The notes beneath the pieces are model-generated. The model did not search any database. It was not told the origin of the DNA and saw only the letters and a program-made list of their open reading frames with translations. This document shows, in pieces, positions 38,895 to 50,387 of a stretch of DNA of 64,000 bases (position 1 is its first letter; each line of letters starts with the position of its first letter). The position numbers and the translations under genes were made by a program. The stretch comes from Cetorhinus maximus (lineage: Eukaryota): contig NC_135888.1 in assembly GCF_964194155.1 (NCBI RefSeq), positions 129,766,001-129,830,000 of the forward strand, given 5' to 3'.

Positions 38895-40954
38895 ACACAA
38901 GCGGCAGCCGTCATCGTGCTTACATCCGCGCAAAGGGCTAGGCGGGATTTTGGCATTTCATGGGCGGGGCTGAGGTTTTGAGTGATAGGGAGCCAAAACC
39001 AAGGAAAAAGAGAGTGGGAGAGGGGCGGGACCAGACCGTTGAGTGGCAGGGGATAAGGGGGCGCGGCCTAGTCACTGCGGAACATGCTTGGGGGGAAAAA
39101 GACAGACTTGAATTTCTATAGCACCTCTTCTTTAAATGAGAGAATTTAATGAACTCAACCTGACATCATATAATTTGTGGTCCTTAACTCAAAATACAAA
39201 GTGCATTAGACCTTTTTATTTTTATTCTGTAAATTATGAAAACTTGCATTTTATATTGTAATTTTTTGTATGTTGAGATGTTCATAATTATGCGATTTTT
39301 AATTATTTTATACTTTATTTTTAGTTTAATGACAGTCTATAACTATGTTAAGAATTATGATTACTTGTTTTATTTCTATTATCAGAATATGGCACATGCC
39401 ACCATGATGATTTTTCAATGAAGCAATTATCTTTCTACCTATCTGTAACCACAGGACATCTCAGTCAGGAAGCTGCTTTTTGAAGTGCAGTCTGTCATAT
39501 TTTGTTTTATTCTGCTCTTATGAAGCACCTTGGGACATTTCAATCTTTCTTTTTTTTCCTTTTTTGAGAAAAATATGTTGTTGTTGTACTCAGCCTTATA
39601 TAGAAGGAACAACAACAGCTTGTTATTATATAGCACCTTCAACTTCGCAAAACTTTCCAAGACACTTCAGGGGAACATCAGCCAGATAAAATTTGACATT
39701 GGGCCATGAGTGAGGAGATACTCGGGGAGGCAGAGAGGTTGAGCGAGGGAATTTCAAGAACTTCGAGCCCAGGCAGCCAAAGGCATAGCCACCAATAGAT
39801 GGTGGAATGTGTAAAATGGAGGATGCCCAGAATTGGAGGAGTGCAGAGATCTTGTAGAATTTGAAGGGCTGGAGGATGTTCAGGGATGCGTGGGGTCTGT
39901 CACACAGTTGATATGCAATAATCCTCATTATTTAAAAGTGAACATAAGAGCATAAGAAATAGGAGCAGGAGCAGGCCATTCAGCCTCTCGAGACTGCTCC
40001 ACCATTCGATAAGATCATGGCTGATCTGATTGTGGCTTTCACTCCACTTTTCTGCCTGCCCCCTGTAACCCTTCATTCCATTGTTGATTAAATATTCCTA
40101 ACTCAGCCTTGAATATATTCAGTGGCTCAGCCTCCACTGCTCTCTGGGTAAGATAATCCCAAAGATTAACGACCCTCTAGAGAAGAAATTCCTCCTCATC
40201 TCTATCTTAAATAAGAGACCACATTTTGAAACTGTGCCCCATAGTTCTAGACCCCCAACCTCAGCATCCATCTTGTCAAGCCCTCTCAGAATTTTATGTT
40301 ATTCAACCCCAGGTGACTGTCTTTCAGCAAAGGAGAGTGAAAATTGAAAATAAAAACAGGAGACTCCTTCTACCTGATTGATTTTTTATTATCTATTATT
40401 ATGTTGTAAAAGTTTAACAAGCGACTCAGAGCCTCCTTCCTGTTCGGTTGCTTTTCCTGATCAGAGTGCTCACTGTGGTTTTATTACCAATAGTGAAATC
40501 ACCAAACCCATATCAAATTCTTCACTGGTTGCCAATAAGGTGCATACAGCATTTTATTTGTTGTGCACAGCAGCAGAATAGAACTGAATGGAGACAGGAT
40601 GTACCAAAACTCTTTACCAGCCAATGAAGGGCTTCTGAAATGTAGTCACCGTTACAATGTAAGTACTGCAGCAGCCAATTTACACACAGCAAGCCCCTAC
40701 AAACAGCAATGTGATTCTGACCAGATAATGTATTTTAGTGATGTCAGTTGAGGGATAAATATTGGCAAGGACACTGGAGAGAATCCCCTGTTCTTCTTCA
40801 AAATAGTGCCATGGGATCTTTTATGCCCACCTGAGAAGGCAGATAGGGCCTTAGGGTAACATCTTATACAGAAGGAGGTTCCACTGACAATGCAGCCTTC
40901 CCTCAGTCCTGCCCCTCCACTAATACAGCATTCTCAGTACTATCCCTCCTAGAG

Positions 40955-42819
40955 CGAAGAGGGCACATGAAAAGTCACTGGAGGGCAAGATAAAGGAGAA
41001 TCCCAAGGCATTTTATGAATATATTAAGGGCAAGAGGATAACCAGGGAAAGAGTAGGGCCCCTTAGGGACCAAAGTGGCAATCTGTGTGTGGAGCCAGAG
41101 GACGTAGGCGAGGTTTTTTGAATGATTACTTTTCATCTGTGTTCACTATGGAGAAGGACGATGTAAGCGTAGAAATCAAGGAGGGGGACTGTGATATACT
41201 TGAACAAATTAACATTGAGAGGGAGGTATTAGAGGCTTTAGCGGGCTTAAAAGTGGATAAATCCCCAGGCCCAGGTGAGAGGTATCCCAGGCTGCTATGT
41301 AAGGCAAGGGAGGAGATTGCAGGGGCTCTGACACTAATTTTCAAATCTTCTCTAGCCACAGGAGAGGTGCCAGAGGACTGGAGGACAGCGAATGTGCTAC
41401 CATTATTCAAGAAAGGTAGCAGGGATAAACCAGGTAATTACAGGCCAGTGAGTCTAACATCAGTGGTAGGGAAACTATTGGAAAAAATTCAGGAATAATC
41501 TCCACTTGGAGACGTAGGGATTAATCAGGGATAGTCAGCATGGCTTTGTTAGGGGGAGATCATGTCTAACAAATTTGATTGAATTTTTGGAGGTGGTGGC
41601 TAGTTGTGTAGATGAGGGAAGTGCAGTTGATGTAGACTACATGGACTTCAGTAAGGCTTTTGACAAGGTCCCGCATGGGAGAATGGTCAAGAAGGTAAGA
41701 CCCCATGGGATCCAGGGCAATTTTTTAAAATTGGATCCAAAATTGGCTTAGTGGCAGGAGGCAGAGGGTGATTGTCAAAGGTTGTTTTTGCGATTGGATG
41801 CCTGTGATGAGTGGTGTACTGCAGGGATCGGTGCTGGGACCCTTGCTGTTTGTAGTAACATTAATGATTTAGACGTGAATATGGGAGGTTTGATCAGTAA
41901 GTTCGCAGATGACATGAAAGTTGTGGTGTTGAAATGATGCGGAGGAAAGCCTTAGACTACGGGACAATATAGACAGGTTGGTAAGATGAGCAGAGCAATG
42001 GAAAATGGAATTTAATCCTGAGAAGTGTGAGGTGATGTATTTTGGGAGGACTAACATGGCAAGGGAACACACAATGAATAGTAGGACCCTAGGAAGTACA
42101 GAGGATCAGAGGGACCTTGGAGTACATGTCCATAGATCCCTGAAGGCAACAGCACAGGTAGATAAGGCGGTAAAGAAGGCATATGGAATACTTGCCTTTA
42201 TTAGCTGAGGCATAGAATACAAGAGCAGGAAGGTTATGATGGAGCTGTATAGAACATTAAGTTAGGCCACAGCTGGAGTACTGTGTGCACTTCTGGTCGC
42301 CACACTATAGGAAGGATGTGATTGCACTGGAGAGGGTGCAGAGGAGATTCACAAGGATGTTGCCTGGGCTGGAGTGTTTCAGCTATGAAAAGACTGGATA
42401 GGCAGGGTTGTTTCCTTAGAGCAGAGAAGGCTGAGGGGGACCTGACAGAGGAATACAAAATGATGAGGGGCATAGGTAGGGTAGATAGGAAGAAACTTTT
42501 CCCCTTAGCGGAGGTGTCAATAACCAGGGGGCATAGATTTAAGATAAGGGGCAGGAGGTTTAGAGGGGACTTAAGGACAAAACTTTTTAATCCAGAGGGT
42601 GGTTGGAATCTGGAACGCACTGCCTGAGGGGGTGGTAGAGGCAGGAACCCTCAGAGCATTTAAGAAGTATTTAGATGAGCACTTGAAATGCCAAAGCATC
42701 CAGGGTTATGGGCCAAGTGCTGGAAAATGGGATTAGAATCAATAGGTTCTTGATGGCCGGCACGGACATGATGGGCCGAAGGGCCTGTTTCTGTGCTGTA
42801 TAACTATAAGTCTATGACT
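40955..42819 (+). mobile_element. 5'-truncated CR1 LINE
   Basis: DKSPGP, WRTANVLPLFKKG, NYRPVSLTSVVGKLLE, FADD-like motif, CTATGA tail, TSD CTAGAG. Confidence 0.9.
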
Positions 42820-43113
42820 CTAGAGTTCAGCGCTCCCTCAGTACTACTCTTCCAACAGTGCAGCACTCCCTCAGGACTACTCCTCCAACAGTGCATCACT
42901 TCCTCAGTACTGCCCCTCTGACAGTGCTCCCTAAATACTGCCTCCCTAACAGTGTAGCACTCCCTCAGTTCTGCACCTCCAACAGTGCAGCACTCCCTTA
43001 CTACTGCCCCTCCGACTGTTCAACGCTCCCTCAGTACTGTCCCCCAACAATGCAGCACTCGCTGCTAATATCGTGGACTAGCAATCTAGAGGCCCAGGCT
43101 ACTGCTCTGTGGA

Positions 43114-43943
43114 TAAAGACAAAAAGCTAAAAGCTACTGCAGATGCTGGAAATCCAAAACAAAAACAGAATTACCTGGAAAAACTCAGCAGGTCTGGCAG
43201 CATCGGTGGAGAAGAAATCAGTTAACGTTTCGAGTCTTCATGACCCTTCGGCAGAACTGAGTATAGTTAGGAGAAAGATGAAATATAAGCTGGTCTAAGG
43301 TGGGGGGGGCGGGGGGAGAGAGAAGTTGAGGGTGGGGTGATTGTGGAGATAAGCAAGCAGTGATAGGAGCAGATAATCAAAAGATGTCACAGACAATCAA
43401 AAGATGTCACAGACAAAAGGATCAAAGAGGTGTTGAAGGTGGTGATATTGTCTAAGAAAAGTGCTAATTAAGAATGGAAGACAGGATACTCAAGGTACAG
43501 CTCTAGTGGGGGTGGGGTGGAAAGACTAACAAAGTTTTAGTTTTAGATTTCACCTATTTCCATTATTTTTAAATCTAAAACTAAAACTTTGTTAGTCTTT
43601 CCACCCCACCCCCACTAGAGCTGTACCTTGAGTATCCTGTCTTCCATTCTTAATTAGCACTTTTCTTAGACAATATCATCACCTTCAACACCTCTTTGAT
43701 CCTTTTGTCTGTGACATCTTTTGATTATCTGCTCCTATCACTGCTTGCTTATCTCCACAATCACCACACCCTCAACTTCTCTCTCTCCCCCCGCCCCCCC
43801 ACCTTAGACCAGCTTATATTTCACCTTTCTCCTAACTATACTCAGTTCTGCCGAAGGGTCATGAAGACTCGAAACGTTAACTGATTTCTTCTCCACCGAT
43901 GCTGCCAAACCTGCTGAGTTTTTCCAGGTAATTCTGTTTTTGT
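43114..43943. mobile_element. Penelope-derived long fold-back insertion with two hammerhead-like cores
   Basis: Arms 43158-43550 and 43571-43944 are near-identical reverse complements with a 20-nt spacer. TSD TACTGCTCTGTGGA / TACTGTTCTGGGGA. Splits a SINE. Confidence 0.85.
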
Positions 43944-44384
43944 TACTGTTCTGGGGACATGGTCTCAAATCTCATGACAGCTGGTGGAAATGTCAATGTA
44001 ATTAATAAATTGGGAATTAAAAGCTAATCTCAGTCATGGCAACCAAGGGAGCTATTATTGTTAAAAGCCCACCTGGTTCACTAATGCCGTTTAGGGAAGG
44101 AACCCACAGCAATGTGGCTGGCTCTTAACTGCCCCTCTGAAATAGCTGAGCAAGCCGCACAGTTCAAAGGCAATTAGGGGTGGGCAACAAATGCTGGTCT
44201 TGCCAACAACACCTACATCACATGAAAGAATCAAGTGCTTGAAATCAGGAGGCAGAACCCATCTGTGTGTAAGTACTTGGATTATCTCTATACTCCCCTG
44301 TCCAGCACAAGTCAGGTAACTTCATTGGTTCTAATCCCCTGAATCAGCTCAGAGACGGAGGGGGTAAAAGCGCTTTGCGTGACC

Positions 44385-44860
44385 TGCATCTATATAGCGC
44401 CTCTAACACAGTAAAACATCCCAAGGTGCTTCACATGAGTGTTATCAAACAATGTTTGACACTGAGCTACTTAAGGAGATGTTAGGATGAATGACCAAAA
44501 GCTTGCTTAAAGTGATAGGTCTTAAGGGGCATCTTAAGGGAGGAGAGAGATGTAGAGAGGATGAGAGGTTTAGGGAGGGAATTTGAGAGCTTAGGTCCCA
44601 GGCAGCTGAAGGCACAAGCCGCCAATAGTGGAGCGATGAAAATAAGGGATGCTCAAGTGTTCAGAACTGGAGGAGTGCAGAGACCTTGGAGGTTTGTGGG
44701 GCTGGAGGAGGTAGGGAATGGGGACATGGTGGGATTTGAACACAAGGATATGAGTTTTAAAATTGAGGCATTGCTGGACCTGGAGCCAATGTAGGTCAGC
44801 GAGCACAGGGGTGAAGGGTGAACAGGGACTTGGTGCAATTTAGGGCATGGACAGCAGAGG
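44385..44860 (-). mobile_element. L2 LINE 3' end (representative copy)
   Basis: LADLHWLQV...NFK.LILVFK L2-type C-terminus and tail. Other copies near 2480-2790, 9950-10310, 21700-21860, 24830-25190, 33720-34030, 34330-34680 and 39620-39880. Confidence 0.7.
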
Positions 44861-47800
44861 TCACGGAGGGAGGGTAGCCAACAGAATATGTAAATGGGAG
44901 ATGGGACCCTGGCTGCTTAACTAACACCCGTTTAATCCAAAAGAACCAGGGCAGACCAGTTCAAATCCACACGTGCCCTCATCCCAACCACCTTGGTGTC
45001 CAAAAACTGGGAAATAGGAATACTGGTCCAAACTGGTCTTGTATACCTTAAAATGGAACACCAGTAAAGACTGGGAAATAAGAGTACTGGTCCAAACTGT
45101 TTTTTGCTCCTGGGATCCCTCAGCCAACACCAAATAAGCGGTTCAACTGGTCATCATCACATTGCTGTTTGTGGGATCCTGCTGTCCACAAATTGGCTGC
45201 CGCGTTCCCTTTAATACAATGTGACATTTCATTGGCTGTAGAGTGCTTTGGAACATGCTGAGGTTTTAAAAGGTGCTGTTGAAATGCAAGTTCTCTTTGC
45301 TTTTCAAGAGTCATTTAAAACCAGGGACTGCAGTTTATAATTTTATAGCGAGGAGCTTCGTTTCAGGGTATTGAGACTGAAAGCAATGACACAGTCCTTG
45401 GAAAGGTAAGTTATGGAGGGTTCATTCTTTATGAGAGCTGAGTTGTTGCTCCTCTCGCGCCAAACTGCTGAAACCGATCGGTCTAAAATGATGTCATCAT
45501 AAATAATTGGCTTTTTCTGAGATTGGGAACTAACCCCAGGTTTCGCTTAATGCAGCTTCTGGATCAGAATCAGCATTGTTTTCATCTCGAGAGAGAAAGA
45601 AAATCTCAGTCCCAATTCCCTGAAATGAAGCTCCTCACTATTAAATCACAAACTGCAGCACGCCCTCAGTACTGTTCCTCTGAAAGTGCAGCACTCTTTC
45701 AGTATTGCCCATCTGACAGTGCAACACTCCCTCAGTACTGCCCCTCCGTCAGTGCAGCACTTCCTCAGTACAGCCCCTCCTACAAATCCGCACCCTATTG
45801 GCCCTCCTATAGCACAGCATTCCCTCAGCACTGACCCTCTGACATGTAGCACTCCCTCAGTACTGCCTTCTCACACCAATTGGAAAGCAAAAAGACTAAT
45901 TACCCAATTGGATGATGCTTGACTGTTAGCCAAACAGCTTTTCTGCTCATTTTCAATATTTTTATCTTCGGTGAAGAGAAATGCTTAAAGAAAATGAAAA
46001 AAAAAACAATCTTTTTTAGCGTCCTGATGATTTTTCTCCGGGGTTGTGCACAGCAGTGTCCTGGAGATTGATTTTCCATTCCTGGGGACTCCAGGCCTAT
46101 CCTGGAGGGTGTGTTCCCAATGTAATAGCCACCAGCCACAGGTGGCGAACTGGGAACTCGAGAGAAAGTTAATAAATAACAATTGAGCAATCAATTGACT
46201 CTAGGCGAGTGACATCAATTCTCATATTCTCATGGTGTGCTTGTTTTTTTAAAATTTGCTCATGGGATATGGGTATTTCTGGCTCAGCTAGCGTTTTAGC
46301 CCATCCCTAATTGCCCTTGTTCAGAGGGTGTTTAAGAATCAACTACATTTCTGTGGGTGTGGAGTCACATGCAGGCAAGACCAGGTAAGGACAGCAGATT
46401 TCCTTCCCTAAAGGGCATTAGTGAACCAGATGGGTTTTTTCTGACAATTGGCTGTGGTTTCATGGTTGTCATCAGACTTTTAATTCCAGATTTTTATCAA
46501 ATTCAAATGTCACCATCTAATGGTGGTGGGATTCAAATCCATGTCCCCAGGGGATTACTCTGGTTCTCTGGAATACTAGTCCAGTGACAATACCACCAGG
46601 CACTAGGCCACCACCACCCACTGTGTGAAATTTTAACCTCTTTGTGCCTTGGTTGACAAAATGTTAAGATGAAAAGCAGAATGCATGAATGTTTCCTGGT
46701 CATTGTGAACTCTTTACTTTCCTAGTAACTGAATGATGAGAGATGTTTGTTCATTAAAGATATGCATGCAAAGTAAATTTACATGTGTTGTGTGTAAGCG
46801 GTTTTCAACTAAAATTAGTGCTTGTGGTTAAAACAGTGTTGCCATAGCAATGCCTGTGATGAGTCAACAATATCTGTTGGACAACACTGGTGTAGAGTAA
46901 GGAAGGGTGGAAGGTCATCTTCTGATCGCTGGTGTGAACCAGTTGGGTTTCTGTGATGGCTCAGTCATCCTTCATAAAATCATACAATGTTAGAGAGCAG
47001 AAGAAGGCCATTCAGCCCATCATGCCTGTACCAGCTCTTTGAAAGAGCCATCCAATTAGTCCTACACCCATTTCAGTCACCCGCCCTAATACATTAAATT
47101 TAATTTCACAGTGCGGCAATGGAGGGGGCGGGGTTTGAACTCAAAATCTCTGGGCTCCCAGTCGGGTCCTAGGAAGCTGTGGCCTATTCACTGGCAATTC
47201 AAGGTGCATTTGAGATCTCAATACACCATACCTACAGCACCAAAAAAGGCCAAGTCAGCCCAACTTGGTGGATTTGTCTTGCCAGAGTGAATTCTATACT
47301 TACTGCCACATGGACTTTTTGTTAAGGCACCAGTAATCCAGAGGGCTGACTAATAATCCACAGAACATGAGTTCATAACTCAGGTAAAAATCAGGTCTCA
47401 GTGAAAGTGACGATGAAGCTGTTGGATTATCATAAAGCTCAAATGGTTCAGCAATGTCCTTTAGGGGAGAAAATTTGCCATCGTATGTGGTCTCGGTCCA
47501 TATGAGACTTCAAACCCATTCCAATGTGGTTGACTCTTTAACCACCCTCTGAAGCGGTCTAGCAAGAACTCGGTTTGTATCCAGCCCACCACCAGTGGTT
47601 CAAATAGAATCCACCACCCCCAACTCTCCCCCGCCAACCCACTCCCCCAACCCCCATCACCTTCTCAGAGTAACCCAGGATGGGTAATAAATGCTCGTCT
47701 TGCCAATGACAGCCACACCCTGAGAATGTGTTTCAAAATATTGCTGACCTCACGGGTCAAAGGGTATGCTGGCATTCAGTTCATCAACAGGTGAGTCAAC

Positions 47801-48309
47801 AAAACAGGTCACGGGATCACCGATAAAAGAGCGAATGGAATAATGGGAGAGCTTTATGCTCTGTTGGCTTCTCAATCTATTGTCTGTATGTGAGCAAGAA
47901 TGTTTGAAAGCTCTCAAATTATCCCAAATAAGAAATGATCTCACCATACCATCAAACCAATGATTTGTGAAGTGAATTTCACACATATCCACCCTTTCAT
48001 GCAGTGAGCCAGGCACTGTTAGAATATCCATAGTACAGGACGCAAAGGGCACACTATATTCTGTGCATAAAATTAAGGGGAAAAAAACACCTTTTGACCA
48101 AAGAGAGCATGTGAGATTTTCTTTAATTTTACACGTGGTTATAAAGACACAGTGTGGGATCAGCCCAGCAGTAGCTGATGAGCACAAGTTTCTGCTGATA
48201 AGACTCCAGCACATGGTAAGATCAATTGAGATCAAAGAACTTGCATTTCAATAGTGCCTTTCACAACCTCAGGAAGTCCCAAAGCGCTTGACAATGAAGT
48301 TTCTTAGAC

Positions 48310-48535
48310 AACAGCAAAATGCTGTGGCTAGAAATCTAAAATGAATACAGAAAATGTGAGAAGTACTTGGCAGGACTGTGGGGAGTAAAGCAGAGTTAAT
48401 ATTTCAGGCGGTTGACCCTTCCTCAGAATTGGCAAAAGTTAAAAGAGGTGTAAAAGCTTTTAAGCCACAGAGAGATGTGAGGGTGGGAAATAGAACAAAA
48501 AGGGAAGGTCTGTGATAGGGTAGGAGGCAGGAGAC
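48310..48535 (-). mobile_element. Penelope-like pLTR remnant
   Basis: Similar to the left arm of the 43.1 kb element (gcagagttaatatttcagg...gacccttcctcagaa). Confidence 0.5.
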
Positions 48536-50030
48536 AGGAAGCGCCTTTCAGGTGTACTTATTGTTGTAACGTAGGAAATGCACAGCAAGATCACACAACA
48601 GCAACGTGAAAGTGACCATCCTCAAGATGCACCGGAGCAACTCGCCAAGACTCCTTCAGCAGCATCTTCCAGACCCACGACCGCTACCACCTATAAGGAC
48701 AAGGGCAGCAAATGGATGGGGACACCGCCACCTGCAAGTTCTCCTTCAAGCCACTCACCATCCTGATTTGGAAATATATCACCATTCCTTCACTGGCGTT
48801 GGGTCAAACCCCTGGAACTCCCTCCCTAACGGCACTGTGGTTGTACCTACACCACATGGACTGCAGTGGTTTAAGAAGACAGCTCAGCACCACCTTCTCA
48901 AGGGCAATTCAGGATGGGCAATAAGTGCTGGCCCGGCCAGCGATGCCCAGATCCCCTGAAAGAATATTAAAACAATTCTGTTTTGGTGAGCTCCATTGAG
49001 GGGTAAATATATCCCAGGGCACAGGAGAGAATGTTCTTCAAAATAGAAGCCATGGGATCTTCTGTGTCAGGACCAGAGCCTGACAGGGCCTTGGTTTAAC
49101 GTTTTATGCAAAAGATGGAACATCCAACAGTGCAGCACTCCCTCAGTACTGCTTCTCTGATAGCACAGCTTTCACTTAGTGCTGCACTCTAAAAGTGCTG
49201 CACTCCCCCAGTATTGCCCCTCCGACAATGCAGCAATCTCTCAGTAATGCCCTTCTGACAGTGCAGCTCACTTTCAGTACTGACCGTCCATTATTGCAGC
49301 GTTCCCTCAGCACTGCCCCTCTGATAGTGCAGCTCCGTTTCAGTACTGGCCCTCTGATACTGCAGCACTGCTGTGAGACTGCCCTTCCAACTATGCAGTG
49401 CTGCCTCAGGATTGCTCCTCCAACGATGCAACACGATCCAATCAGATCAGCCATGATCTTATTGAATGGCAGAGCAGCCTGAAAGGGCCGAGTGGCCTTC
49501 TCCTGCTCCTAATTTGTATGTTCGACTGTAATTGTAACTCTATCCCATTATTTTTCTGTCTCATAACATTTCTCTCATCTTCCATTATTTCTCTTCATCA
49601 GTCTTATGCTATCACTTGATCTGATCCCCCTCTCTCTATCTCTCTCTGGATTCTGTGTTACTATTAGCTGCCAATTTCAAATCTACAGTCAGTCTCTAGC
49701 TAGCAGTTTTACTGCCAGGTTTTGAATCCAACCCTTGAAAGGCAAGAAGGAGCTCTGTGAATGGTTGTAACAGGGTTATACTACCATACGCGCCTCCCTG
49801 TCACTTCACATCCACGAATGTGGCAGTATAACTGCACTCAAATCTGCTTTGTGTTCATACTACAGTAGTATGAACACAGGATCAGGGTCTGACCAGGCTG
49901 CTGAGAATGTGCTGAGAGTTCTGGGGTAAGGGGTCCATTTGGGCAATGTAAGCAGGCTGCCATCACCATGAAGCAGGCCCCACAGTGAATGGTCAGACTC
50001 ATTAACTCTCCAGACAGGGTCAGTGCTGTG

Positions 50031-50233
50031 ACAAAAACAGAAAACGCTGGAAAACTCCGCAGCCCTGGCAGCACCTGTGGAGAGAGAAATAGAGTTAACG
50101 TCTGAGTCCGTATGACCCTTCTTCAAGAGCTTGAAACGTTCGCTCTGTTTCTCTCTCCACAGATGCCGCCAGACCTGCTGTGTTTTTCCGGCTGGTTCAG
50201 CTTTCCATCATCCACAGTGTTTGATTTTATCTT
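50031..50233. mobile_element. Penelope-derived hairpin insertion
   Basis: Inverted pLTR arms. 14-bp TSD GGGTCAGTGCTGTG / GGGTCAGCGATGTG. Confidence 0.75.
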
Positions 50234-50387
50234 GGGTCAGCGATGTGCTTGGTGCCAGTGGTTCATGAAGTTATGTTCTGTCTGTTTCCGTCTCCTCCCT
50301 CATTCTGGGGATAATGAAGGAGAAAATCAAGAGAAGAGAATGAATGAGGGATGAGAAAACAGAAGTAACGGAAACAGGAGGGGAGGC

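Noticed and set aside
46856-46925. Possible C/D box snoRNA (GTGATGA...CTGA)
   Set aside because: No convincing terminal stem or recognisable guide, and not within an identified host intron.
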